A DNA stretch of 64,000 nt from Methanobacteriota archaeon (GTDB taxonomy: Archaea > Thermoplasmatota > E2 > DHVEG-1), in assembly GCA_963769885.1 (NCBI GenBank), contig CAVYNH010000006.1, forward strand, positions 640,001 through 704,000, given 5' to 3'. Both the position numbers and the translations under genes were made by a program. Under the pieces are notes generated by a model that worked only from the letters and a program-made list of their open reading frames with translations, did not search any database and was not told where the DNA came from. Positions 38,613-47,881 of this stretch are shown here, one piece after another; positions within the stretch are counted from its first letter, which is position 1, and the number at the start of each line of letters is the position of its first letter.

Positions 38613-39497
38613 ATGAAGAAAGCGGCATTTTTCTTACCTGTCTTTGTTATTTTATCTATCATCTTGTTAACTGGATGTACTGAAACAACTGGGCCTCTCT
38701 TAATGTCGATTACCAAATTCACAGCTGAACCTAATATTATAGCACAAGGCCAAACAGCTAACCTTAGTTGGCAAACATTCGGTGCTGTACAAGTAACGAT
38801 TGACCATGGCATCGGGAATGTGAGCATTTATGGATCAAGAATCATTGCTCCAACTAATACTACAACATACACTTTAACAGCATCAAATATTACTCATACA
38901 TTAACAGCCACAGTTCAAATAATCGTTCATTCAAATGAACAGACCGGAATATTAGTAAATTCATTCACAGTTAATCCGCGTATCGTACATCAAGGTCAGA
39001 CTGCAAACCTCACATGGAACATCACTGGAGCTAGTGTCGTCCAAATTGATCATGGTATCGGCAACATTAGCCTCTCTGGTACAAGAATTATTATGCCTTT
39101 AGAAACAACTACGTATACTATTACCTGCTCAAATGCAGTGAACACAGTAACGGCTACAACTCAAATTCTCGTCGAAGAAACAGAATCACCTCCTCCTGCC
39201 ACTACGCCATCAATTGCGTGCACTTTAGATAGTAGCAACAATAAAATTACTATAGCTAGCGCTGACCCCAACATTCAATGGAGCAATCTAAGGATTACAA
39301 ATAGTAGTACTCCCGCCTGTCATTGGGCAATATATGCAAATGGCGGGGTAACTAACCAATCTACAAATGTCCTTCCCTCCGGGGAGGTTATCGCTGGAGA
39401 TTATTTGAAAATCTGGGGCGTAACTGGAAATGTGCAGTTTACATGGGCTTACGTGCCAACGAATTCGTTAATTGGAGTTTGGACGATAAACGTATAA
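38613..39497 (+). CDS. Lipoprotein with two tandem Ig-like repeats
   Basis: LTGC lipobox; duplicated F...P.I..QGQTANL.W...GA..V.IDHGIGN.S..G.RII.P..TTTYT. Confidence 0.82.
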   Translation: MKKAAFFLPVFVILSIILLTGCTETTGPLLMSITKFTAEPNIIAQGQTANLSWQTFGAVQVTIDHGIGNVSIYGSRIIAPTNTTTYTLTASNITHTLTATVQIIVHSNEQTGILVNSFTVNPRIVHQGQTANLTWNITGASVVQIDHGIGNISLSGTRIIMPLETTTYTITCSNAVNTVTATTQILVEETESPPPATTPSIACTLDSSNNKITIASADPNIQWSNLRITNSSTPACHWAIYANGGVTNQSTNVLPSGEVIAGDYLKIWGVTGNVQFTWAYVPTNSLIGVWTINV

Positions 39498-39502
39498 CCT
39501 AA

Positions 39503-39532
39503 AAATCTCCTAGCAATTCCAATATAAAAACC
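39503..39532 (-). repeat. Cassette site R2
   Basis: Minus strand GGTTTTTATA TTGGAATTGC TAGGAGATTT, 5 bp after the upstream stop. Confidence 0.75.
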
Positions 39533-39623
39533 GTTTGGATAGCAATCATTATAAGAATATAACTCTTTTAGCAATTAATTATACATTAAAAAAGTAAAGA
39601 AAATTAAATTAAATGGAAACCGT

Positions 39624-40988
39624 ATGAAAAAAAGAATAATTCTCATTTCAATTATTTCTATTTCACTTTTCTTGAATATTTTATTTTCCGGTTGTCTACA
39701 AAACAATACTATAACTACCGAAAATAATGGACAAAATTCAAAAAATGCTAATCAAGATAGACAAGAACAACCAGAGCCACAACAAACATACAAAGATTCA
39801 GACAGAGATGGTTATTACGATTACCAGGATAGTTTTCCAAATGACCCATCTGAATGGAAAGACAGCGATCATGATGGTGTCGGAGATAATTCAGATAAGT
39901 ATCCCTACGATTATGATAATGATGGATATGCAGACTCAGTTGATATCAAGAAAAACGGTGATGCTGCCATCAAAATATCCTTAAAAAAATTCAATGTCGA
40001 GGACGAATTGGATTTTCTTTTTGTGAGTGTTGAAGTTTATTTTGAGATATACATTAACGGAAGAATGGAAGCAAGAATCGACGATAATGGCGAATCATGG
40101 CATGCAACTGTTGGAGAAACATATTCAATAGGAGAAAGCGTCATCTATAACATAGATGATGACCAGAGGTACACGAATGTTAGAATCATCATGTGGGATG
40201 ACGATTACCTACTAGAAAATGATCCAATTGATATTGATGGAACCGGTACTGATGCAAAAGCATTAGACATCGTTTTTGACGCAATTACAGGTACTTGGAC
40301 AGGGGATGATAATGACGGCTTTACAGATGGTAGTGATGATGGAAGTGCAAATTATGATGACGACGATGGTAGTTTGTGGTATAGTCTTCAATTAGTTGAG
40401 GCTCAATATAACAAAATCTATCATTGGACATTTGATTGGAATCAATGGGAGTTACGCATTAATATTCCACCTACCAGCTATGCCTATTACAGACATTCAA
40501 ACGTCGATAGATCTCCTATTTTACCATCACAGATGGCTGCCTTTGTCACTTCTGATGATTCCATTATTAAAGACATCGCCCAACGATTACAGTCACATTG
40601 CAACGAAGCTGGGTATAGTTCATCTAAAACGGTTAATTTCATATTGAGTTTTGTTCAAAGTTTAGAATACACTTATGATAATGCTTCTACACCAGCAAAT
40701 GATTATTGGCGTTTTCCCGTGGAGACATTAATGGATGAAACTGGAGATTGCGAAGATACCTCCGTTCTCTTCGCTGCTATTATGGAAGCAGTTGGATTTG
40801 ATGCTGTTTTAATACATCTACCAGGCCATCTAGCAGTTGGAATATCATGTAATGAGGGATCTGGTTCGTATTATGATTACAATGGAAAATCGTATTATTA
40901 TTGCGAAACAACTGGCACAGGGTGGAATATGGGAAATATTCCATCTAATTTTGAGGAGCAATCAGCAAATATTATAGATGTTGATTAA
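39624..40988 (+). CDS. Lipoprotein with Ca-binding repeats and C-terminal transglutaminase-like domain
   Basis: FSGC lipobox; DSDRDGYYD..D.FPNDP repeats; PVETL....GDCED, GHLAVG, YYCETT. Confidence 0.85.
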   Translation: MKKRIILISIISISLFLNILFSGCLQNNTITTENNGQNSKNANQDRQEQPEPQQTYKDSDRDGYYDYQDSFPNDPSEWKDSDHDGVGDNSDKYPYDYDNDGYADSVDIKKNGDAAIKISLKKFNVEDELDFLFVSVEVYFEIYINGRMEARIDDNGESWHATVGETYSIGESVIYNIDDDQRYTNVRIIMWDDDYLLENDPIDIDGTGTDAKALDIVFDAITGTWTGDDNDGFTDGSDDGSANYDDDDGSLWYSLQLVEAQYNKIYHWTFDWNQWELRINIPPTSYAYYRHSNVDRSPILPSQMAAFVTSDDSIIKDIAQRLQSHCNEAGYSSSKTVNFILSFVQSLEYTYDNASTPANDYWRFPVETLMDETGDCEDTSVLFAAIMEAVGFDAVLIHLPGHLAVGISCNEGSGSYYDYNGKSYYYCETTGTGWNMGNIPSNFEEQSANIIDVD

Positions 40989-41021
40989 ATAATTTGAAGA
41001 AACTAATCCTTGGAGGAGTAA

Positions 41022-41051
41022 TTGTCCTCTAGCAATTCCAATACCTGTTAT
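41022..41051 (-). repeat. Cassette site R3
   Basis: Minus strand ATAACAGGTA TTGGAATTGC TAGAGGACAA, between convergent stops. Confidence 0.75.
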
Positions 41052-41085
41052 TTTACCTTGAAAGCTCAGTATAGGAAAAGAAAAA

Positions 41086-42000
41086 CTACCACGTCCACGT
41101 GTAATCGTACGGTTGTGGTGCAGGGCGCCAGTCAATCCCGGACTTCAAGGGGAAGATGATGGTTGGAAGGCGATGCAGAAACGGGATATCGCTCCTCCAT
41201 CCGATCCAGTAGTAATTCTTGTGCCAGTAGGACGGCGCACCGCCGCGCGCGGGCACCAAGAAGTTATTCTCGATAATCTTGCTACCCGCACCGGCCCCGG
41301 AGAGGCTGATAGCAGTGGCACCGCACAAATCGCACGGCCAGGAGAAGTTGTTGTGTGCTACCAGCGTGTTCTGAGCACCGGCGGTGATCAGTAAATCGTA
41401 CCCGAAGTGGTTGTCGAAGTGATTCTGCCGAATGGTGTTGTCACAGCCCCCTGAAAGAAGAATTCCCGCTTCATACAACTCAATGAGTTCGAAATAGTTA
41501 TGAAAGATTGACGAATTAGCAACGTTGTTGAAAGTAATGGTACTCATGGTGGTGTAAAGGTCGCAATTCGAAATATTGACATCCGAAACGCCGTCAGCGA
41601 TGATGGCATAGGAGGTGATGATCTCGCCACCTTCGTACGTGATGCGAAAGCCATCTACTTTGACGGAATCGCGGATGATGTGAATGGCGGGCCGTTGCCA
41701 ATCGCATGCTTGCAGGGATACATCGTGGTGGTCTGCAATGAGCGAAATGGATTTGTTGACAACAACATTTTCCCAGTAGAAGGGTTCGTGACGGTACACG
41801 TACACGGTGTCGCCATCAAGGGAGGCGTTGATCGCATCTTGAATGGCTGTGTAGTTCCCAGGGCCGCTCCCACCAACGTACAGTGTGGCCCCAGTGTACG
41901 TCGTGGGTGATGGTAGGGATGCTTCGTTCGCAAAGGCGAAGACAGGAGGCATCAAGGCGAGAACGCCGATCATTCCAAAGACTACTATTTTATTTCTCAT
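41086..42000 (-). CDS. Secreted NosD/CASH beta-helix protein (cassette cargo)
   Basis: Start MRNKIVV after GGAGG; LYVGGSGPGNY; IDWRPAPQPY. Confidence 0.86.
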   Translation of the reverse strand: MRNKIVVFGMIGVLALMPPVFAFANEASLPSPTTYTGATLYVGGSGPGNYTAIQDAINASLDGDTVYVYRHEPFYWENVVVNKSISLIADHHDVSLQACDWQRPAIHIIRDSVKVDGFRITYEGGEIITSYAIIADGVSDVNISNCDLYTTMSTITFNNVANSSIFHNYFELIELYEAGILLSGGCDNTIRQNHFDNHFGYDLLITAGAQNTLVAHNNFSWPCDLCGATAISLSGAGAGSKIIENNFLVPARGGAPSYWHKNYYWIGWRSDIPFLHRLPTIIFPLKSGIDWRPAPQPYDYTWTW

Positions 42001-42025
42001 GAATTTTCCTCCGTTATCGATCAAG

Positions 42026-43312
42026 TCAAATCGTGTACGGTTGTCGAGCAGGATGCCAGTCGACATTGACCCATGGAATATTGAAAGGAATGGATTGGAA
42101 GGGATTGAAATAGTAGTTGTAGGTGAAGCTTGTTCCAAGAATGACCTTTGGGAAGGCTCGAGGCATGGTCCAATAGTTATGCCACCACAAGGTCCGCGTG
42201 TACGCGAAGCGGGCGTTCCTGATATTGTGCATGAAGTTGTTTTCCTCGACGATGTTTGGTTTCAAGGCAAAGTAGTGCAGATTGTCCCCAGCAATTGAGA
42301 TGCCGAGGGCATTGTGTTCAATCGAGTTTCGTTCAATGGTATTTCGCTGGCAGGTGGCAAGCTTGATTCCGATGGAACAATTCGTAATGGAATTGTGGAT
42401 GACGGTGTTTGCATCTGACGAGAGGAGACTAATACCAACCGAGACGGTGGAGATATTGAGGTCGCGCACGGTCATATAATGACAGGAAATAAGGAAGAGT
42501 TGTCCAACATCATTGCTAGCATCGATGGTCTTGTTTGCTTCTCCATTTAACATCAGAAAAGACTTGCCGTTGACGTTATTTTTGCTAAAGGAATTATTGT
42601 ACGCATCCGTATCTTCGAGGTTGAACCCACACTGGATGCAGGTGTTTCCTTCAAAGGTGTTCATCCGGGAGTAGACAATGTTGATCCCTATCAACCCACC
42701 ATGGGAGATGATGGTGTTGTTGGCGATGACATCATCCTGATCGTAAATGACGTTGATGGCTGTACTTGCCTTTTCTTCCAGGATGAAGGTGTTTCCGATC
42801 ACCGTGCTATTCCGTTGACCACGGAAGTCGAGATTATTATCCCACTTGTTAAAGTCATCGTAGTACACGTACATCGTGTTATTGTCGAAATGGTTAAACG
42901 AGCCAGCATAGATTCCCATGGAATTCTTAACAATATTATTGTCAAGGGTGATACTGCTCCTCATGTTCGAATAGAAGAACCCATCAATCGTAAATCCCGT
43001 AATTCGAATCTTGTCCTCGAATACTCCAAAAGAACTAACTTCGGTCGTGGTTCTGTTCTCCCCGACGATGGTCAGTTGTTTGGTGATATCAGCCTCCCCG
43101 TACGGTGAACTATCGTCATAGACAAAGATGAAGTCCCCATCATATGCGTCACGAACTGCCGCATTGATCGTGGTATAGTTACCAGGTCCGCTGCCACCAA
43201 CGTACAAGATATTTTCTCTTCCGCCTTTTCTTTGTCCTAAGTCGCGCGCAGTAACGGAAACGCAAAAGCCAATAACAATGAAGATTGCACCAAGAATGAA
43301 CAGCTTGTTCAT
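42026..43312 (-). CDS. Secreted NosD/CASH beta-helix protein (cassette cargo)
   Basis: LYVGGSGPGNYTTI; HNYW; VDWHPARQPY. Confidence 0.86.
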   Translation of the reverse strand: MNKLFILGAIFIVIGFCVSVTARDLGQRKGGRENILYVGGSGPGNYTTINAAVRDAYDGDFIFVYDDSSPYGEADITKQLTIVGENRTTTEVSSFGVFEDKIRITGFTIDGFFYSNMRSSITLDNNIVKNSMGIYAGSFNHFDNNTMYVYYDDFNKWDNNLDFRGQRNSTVIGNTFILEEKASTAINVIYDQDDVIANNTIISHGGLIGINIVYSRMNTFEGNTCIQCGFNLEDTDAYNNSFSKNNVNGKSFLMLNGEANKTIDASNDVGQLFLISCHYMTVRDLNISTVSVGISLLSSDANTVIHNSITNCSIGIKLATCQRNTIERNSIEHNALGISIAGDNLHYFALKPNIVEENNFMHNIRNARFAYTRTLWWHNYWTMPRAFPKVILGTSFTYNYYFNPFQSIPFNIPWVNVDWHPARQPYTI

Positions 43313-43421
43313 GAATTGCCTCCATATATAGTAAAAGTTATCAGTTATTTAAATATTCACATGAAAATCACATAGCCTTGTTCTTACAGGGTATGAGATA
43401 TTCTTCAAGAAAAAGTGCTTT

Positions 43422-43451
43422 CTTTCCCCTAGCAATTCCACTGTAAGGTAC
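43422..43451 (-). repeat. Cassette site R4
   Basis: Minus strand GTACCTTACA GTGGAATTGC TAGGGGAAAG; arms nearly identical to L9. Confidence 0.85.
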
Positions 43452-43461
43452 TATAGTGTGA

Positions 43462-43491
43462 AAATCATCTAGCGATACTGCTATAAGATAA
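43462..43491 (-). repeat. Cassette site R4b (AGTAT core class)
   Basis: Minus strand TTATCTTATA GCAGTATCGC TAGATGATTT, 40 bp from R4. Confidence 0.65.
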
Positions 43492-43540
43492 ATCACACTT
43501 TTCTAATAAATTATAAATAGCTTCTATCCAATTTCTTTTC

Positions 43541-43927
43541 ATGGGTAGGATAGTCAAAGATATAATTGTCGATGGTAAAATTAGACAAGCGATCTTTGAT
43601 AGTGGTTCAGTCGTCAGTTACGTGACGGAAAAAGCTTTACCTGAATCAGCCGTTTGTATTAATGTATCCCCCATAACATCTCGAGTAGCGGGTTCCACTC
43701 ATCAACTAACAAAGCGCTGCTTCATCCCAAGCAAACTCGATGGAAAGGATTTCGATTTTGATGCATTTGTCATCGATAAACTCGGTAAAGTCCAAGAAAA
43801 AGGAGACGTAGATCTGGATTTTTTAATAGGCGCAGCAACGATGGAAGAATGGTCCATCAGTATAAATCCAAAGGAGCAAACTGTTGACCTTCGCGGATTG
43901 AAAAGACGAGAATTTCTCTCTTTCTAA
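43541..43927 (+). CDS. Retropepsin-like (clan AA) aspartyl protease
   Basis: AIFDSGS and FLIGA motifs in a 128-aa single lobe. Confidence 0.82.
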   Translation: MGRIVKDIIVDGKIRQAIFDSGSVVSYVTEKALPESAVCINVSPITSRVAGSTHQLTKRCFIPSKLDGKDFDFDAFVIDKLGKVQEKGDVDLDFLIGAATMEEWSISINPKEQTVDLRGLKRREFLSF

Positions 43928-44013
43928 ATTTCAAATCTATTATCTTCCAAGAAAAGAAATCCTTCCGATGGAAATGGAAGAAAAAGACATAAAATTACAA
44001 TGAAATACTATTA

Positions 44014-44043
44014 AATTTCCAGATTAATTCCACTATGAGGTAA
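44014..44043 (-). repeat. Cassette site R5 (distal end)
   Basis: Minus strand TTACCTCATA GTGGAATTAA TCTGGAAATT; 1 bp from the DUF2207 stop. Confidence 0.75.
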
Positions 44044-44044
44044 G

Positions 44045-45796
44045 TTATCTTCCTCCTGCGCCGCCGCCGCCAAACCCTCCGCCGCCACCGAAGCCGCCCC
44101 CATGTCCTCCTGCACCGGATGCCGCAGAAGTCATGACGGCGCGATTGACGCCATAAAACGACGCGTAAAACACCGGGACGAACGTTACCTCAGGGACGTT
44201 GATATTGAGTTTCTTCATAACCTTTGCAAGTTCCTTGCCGACACCAAGAGTCGTCCCATAAACGAGCCATTCCTTCCACACCGACAGGTCCTCAAGCCGA
44301 TATTGCTCCAGGTGCACCATATCCGCAAGAAACCGCCGGAAGGAATCCCACTCCTGCCTCTCCTTATAGTAGTCGTCTTTCCATCGCCCAAAGAGCGTCG
44401 GGGACGCCGCAGTCGCAATCACGGCTTGGACCGATAATATGAGCGAGTACGCCATGGCCGCGAACAACAGGGGATACACGCCTCCAAAGATACCGAACAA
44501 GATCAACGTGAGGATAAAGGACAAAACACCTATGCCAATGAAGACGGCGGGCAGTCTCCGTCCGCTCGTCATGAATTCTTTAGACAGCCTCGTGTCGGCT
44601 TTTCTGGTCAAGTACCGCATCTCGCGCTGGAGTGTCATAATCTGGGGCTGATTGTGCATGCCGGTGATCTCCGCTTCGAGCGCCGCTGTGGAAAACACGT
44701 TGTTTTTAGCCCATTTCGAAAGAAAAGACACGGCCCTTTGTTCATACTCGTCCAAGCCCTCGGCATGGTTGTTGATATGAATTTTAATGGTGCTTTCGTC
44801 CTCCGTTTCGATGGTGATGATCTTTCGCTGATGGAGGTCAAGCAACGTCGCGTAGAACCCGTTTGGGTTATAATCCTCGGCGCTTTTCACGAAGACTAAG
44901 TTCACAATCCATGGTTTTCGTTTCGCTGGGACGACGTTCAAGAATGTGGGGACGACAGAGCTTTTCTCCCGGCCTTTGAGAACATAGAGGACGAGGAGAA
45001 TGACGACAAAACCAACGACGAGGACGAGGAGCAGGTCAGTAAAAACAGACACTGCTCCATTTGCGAGCGTGTAGGCATCGTTGGCCGATACCGTCTTTTG
45101 GTACACCCCTGGCACGGTCCGGTGATAACCATAGGATATGTTATGTGAAAGGATCTCGACTTCGAGGAGACTGTTGGCAGGGCTCGCCCCGGTGATGGTG
45201 TACGTCGAGCCTGACTTCACGAGGTTCATCTGAGGGCGGGTGTAGATCGTGACGATGTCTCCAGAGGGGTCGTCTACCGTGATCTCAACGGATTTGTAGG
45301 CAATGTGGGTCGCGGCGAGCTTCAGGTTCAGGTGGTCGTACTGACCGTCGGACTCTACCGGTGGGGCGATGGTGTAGTTGATGCGAAGCGTGTAGATGCC
45401 TTCGTTGAAATGATCGGGGTTGTAGCATCCGATCTCGGAGTCGAAGGCCTTCGAAGCTATATCGGGGGCGGAGCTGAGCCAGACCCGCCCCGTGTAATCC
45501 TTGATATATGGTGAGTATGGGCAGGTCACGTTTGTGACCTCGATGTAGGGCTGAGAGGATGTCTGTTGATACGTGACGTTGTCCTCCCAATATCGGTAGA
45601 GCATCGTGTATCTGCCGCTCGCCTTGACGTTGTACTGGAAGGTCTCCTGCAGCCTGCCGTCGGGAGAGAGCGTCGCCTTGTAGCTGTTGACGACGAGGTC
45701 GCCTTCAAGTGGGAGGGCGTTGACGATGAGGATGCCGATGCCGGCGACGAGGACGACGACAGCCAGGACGATCGTCAGCTGACGCGGTTCGTTCAC
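44045..45796 (-). CDS. DUF2207 family membrane protein
   Basis: ATLLDL, W..F..FL, WKEWLVYG..LGV, Gly-rich tail GGGFGGGGAGGR; GTGA overlap with lemA. Confidence 0.88.
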   Translation of the reverse strand: MNEPRQLTIVLAVVVLVAGIGILIVNALPLEGDLVVNSYKATLSPDGRLQETFQYNVKASGRYTMLYRYWEDNVTYQQTSSQPYIEVTNVTCPYSPYIKDYTGRVWLSSAPDIASKAFDSEIGCYNPDHFNEGIYTLRINYTIAPPVESDGQYDHLNLKLAATHIAYKSVEITVDDPSGDIVTIYTRPQMNLVKSGSTYTITGASPANSLLEVEILSHNISYGYHRTVPGVYQKTVSANDAYTLANGAVSVFTDLLLVLVVGFVVILLVLYVLKGREKSSVVPTFLNVVPAKRKPWIVNLVFVKSAEDYNPNGFYATLLDLHQRKIITIETEDESTIKIHINNHAEGLDEYEQRAVSFLSKWAKNNVFSTAALEAEITGMHNQPQIMTLQREMRYLTRKADTRLSKEFMTSGRRLPAVFIGIGVLSFILTLILFGIFGGVYPLLFAAMAYSLILSVQAVIATAASPTLFGRWKDDYYKERQEWDSFRRFLADMVHLEQYRLEDLSVWKEWLVYGTTLGVGKELAKVMKKLNINVPEVTFVPVFYASFYGVNRAVMTSAASGAGGHGGGFGGGGGFGGGGAGGR

Positions 45797-46350
45797 TGGT
45801 TCCACCTCGTCTCTGGCTTGTGCTGTGATTCGTCCTCGAACTGCAGGTACTCAAGTTTTTTGAAGGAGAACAGTCGTGCGACGATGCTGGAGGGGAACGT
45901 CTCGGACCTGGTGTTGTAGTCCTGCACGATGTTGTTGTAGGTGTAGCGGAGCCTGGCGATCTCGTCTTCGACGTCCGTGATCGCGTGCATCAGTTGTGTG
46001 ACGTTCTCGGAGGCTTTCAGGTTCGGGTAGGCTTCGACGACGGCAGAGATCCGGTCGAGGAGCCCGCGCGAGCCTTGGTTAATCCGGGTGACGGTCTGCG
46101 TCGTCTCCGGCTGTTGGATGATGCTGCGGATCTCGGCGACTTTCTCGAAGACCCCGCGTTCGAATTTGGCATAGCTCTTGACGATATCGACCAATTGAGT
46201 GATCATGTCGAATCGTTTCTTCAACGCGACCGCGATCTGACTGAGCCCAGCGTCCGCGCCGTTTTTCAGGATCTGGAATTTGTTGTAGGCGAGAATGAAG
46301 AGAACGATGACCAGGACGAGGACAAGTGTACCGAGCAAGATGAGAAGCAT
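45793..46350 (-). CDS. lemA: LemA family protein
   Basis: N-terminal TM, YN, LKKRFDMI..LV..VKSYAKFE, EAYPNLKAS, YN..V..YN....FPS. Confidence 0.93.
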   Translation of the reverse strand: MLLILLGTLVLVLVIVLFILAYNKFQILKNGADAGLSQIAVALKKRFDMITQLVDIVKSYAKFERGVFEKVAEIRSIIQQPETTQTVTRINQGSRGLLDRISAVVEAYPNLKASENVTQLMHAITDVEDEIARLRYTYNNIVQDYNTRSETFPSSIVARLFSFKKLEYLQFEDESQHKPETRWNQ

Positions 46351-46441
46351 GAGGGGAGTAGTGGAAAAAAATATTTAAAGATACCTTCCCGTAGGAAGCG
46401 TAAACAAATAACTTTTCAGGGAATAGAGTTCCCCTGAGGCA

Positions 46442-47512
46442 TCACACCGTGGAGTACGCGTAGGGCTGCTGGGCGGGATGCCGGTCGACCTCAACACGCG
46501 GGAGATGCGGCAGATCGATTTTATGCCCATGCCAGAAGACGCTCCAGCCCCTGACGAGATACGGATGGTCCAACGACGCGTTCCAGTAGTTCGCATCCCA
46601 CGTCGTCGAGCCGAACGGCCGATAATACCTCAGGACATAGGACTCGTTGAAATACCGGGCCTCCCTCAGGTAGTTTAGCTCCCAGTACGGCAGTTTCGCG
46701 AACATCGCGTCCCGCGCGTTCCCCAGGAAATTGTTCCGCTCCACCCGATCGTCGCAGGAACAGTTGATCTCCAGGCCCAGGCTGTTTCCCTCAAACGTGT
46801 TCGTCGCGATCGTGTTGTTTACCCCGTAGGAGTCATGGATCCCTTCCCTGCTGTTGTTCCGGAAGGTGTTCAAGAGGACCCTATTGTGACAGCAGCCGTA
46901 GAGCACCATGCCGAAATCGTTGTCCTCGATGATGTTGCCCTCAAACGTCGAGTCGTTGCAGCGGTACTCGGTCATAATGCCGATGTAGGTGCGGCTGATG
47001 CGGTTGTCGAGAAGGCGGATGCGCTCCCGCTGGGTGACCGGAAGCCAGAAGACCTTGAGGTTGATGCCCATGTTCGCGTCGCTGACCGCCGTCTGGCTGA
47101 TGGTCACGTCGTCCGCGCAGACGATGATATTCTGGATCCCGTTCTTAACCGTAAAGTTGCGGATTTGGACGCCGTCGGCCAGGACCCAGATCAGGACCGC
47201 GATGGAGTGGTTCCCGTCAAGGACGGTCGTGTTCGTCGCCTCGCCGACCAGGCTGATGGACGTGTTGATGACCAGCGTCTCGTGATACGGGGTGGAGTCG
47301 TCATAGACGAACACCGTATCGCCATTGGCCGATGCGTTGATCGCGTCCTGAATCCTGGTATAGTTATCCGGTCCGCTGCCGCCGACATACCGGATTGTTC
47401 CCGTTTGGACCGGCGTGGGTGTCCAACGGCCTGGGATGGGTGCTGAGGCAGCCGTAAGCAGGCTGGAAAGAAGCAGTACGCATACAGAAAATATCACGGT
47501 TATCGTCTTCAT
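46442..47512 (-). CDS. Secreted NosD/CASH beta-helix protein
   Basis: RYVGGSGPDNYTRIQDAI; WDANYW; VDRHPAQQPY. Confidence 0.88.
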   Translation of the reverse strand: MKTITVIFSVCVLLLSSLLTAASAPIPGRWTPTPVQTGTIRYVGGSGPDNYTRIQDAINASANGDTVFVYDDSTPYHETLVINTSISLVGEATNTTVLDGNHSIAVLIWVLADGVQIRNFTVKNGIQNIIVCADDVTISQTAVSDANMGINLKVFWLPVTQRERIRLLDNRISRTYIGIMTEYRCNDSTFEGNIIEDNDFGMVLYGCCHNRVLLNTFRNNSREGIHDSYGVNNTIATNTFEGNSLGLEINCSCDDRVERNNFLGNARDAMFAKLPYWELNYLREARYFNESYVLRYYRPFGSTTWDANYWNASLDHPYLVRGWSVFWHGHKIDLPHLPRVEVDRHPAQQPYAYSTV

Positions 47513-47642
47513 CGTTTCCTCCAAGGACAATAGAAGAGCCCTGGGTTATAAATAATTTGTTGCTCCGCCACCCCCGAATGAAAAGAATTTAATAATAGCC
47601 TGCTCTATTGGAGGGCTAGATTATCGTTTTTTGGAGGAAAAC

Positions 47643-47852
47643 ATGGCGAATATAGACAATCCATCCGCTGGAGGGAGAATAAAACGGAAAGGAAAAAAAG
47701 AAAAAAATAAGGAAAAATGCGAACGAGGACCGACAGAAGAAAATAAACGAACAAAAAAAGACGAGATCCTGGATGAGGAAGAAGACGAAGAAAACGAAGA
47801 AGAAGATGAATACGTAGACCATTATCAAAAGAGAAATGTCAAAGATGAATGA
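47643..47852 (+). CDS. Small highly charged protein (basic N-half, acidic C-half)
   Basis: GGAGGA SD; open purine-rich frame. Confidence 0.5.
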   Translation: MANIDNPSAGGRIKRKGKKEKNKEKCERGPTEENKRTKKDEILDEEEDEENEEEDEYVDHYQKRNVKDE

Positions 47853-47881
47853 GTATAGCTATCTCATAGGAGGAAAAGAAT

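Larger units (their letters stand above)
22112..44043. mobile_element. Recombinase-associated island with two gene-cassette arrays
   Basis: Central tyrosine recombinase; about 16 related 30-bp dyad sites at gene boundaries; heterogeneous and generally lower GC; TA/defence/surface cargo. Confidence 0.75.

Noticed and set aside
22112-44043. Classical integron (attC array) or CRISPR array
   Set aside because: The sites are about 30 bp and degenerate, lack RYYYAAC...GTTRRRY boxes, are spaced by whole genes in both orientations, and there are no cas genes or evident IntI insertion
22112-44043. Sites being simple terminators or promoters
   Set aside because: They keep a fixed strand within each array regardless of gene orientation, and occur between convergent, divergent and tandem genes
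46405-46442. Possible further R-type site upstream of lemA
   Set aside because: Better explained as a CAGGGAA/TTCCCCTG hairpin after the NosD stop; poor match to core and arms
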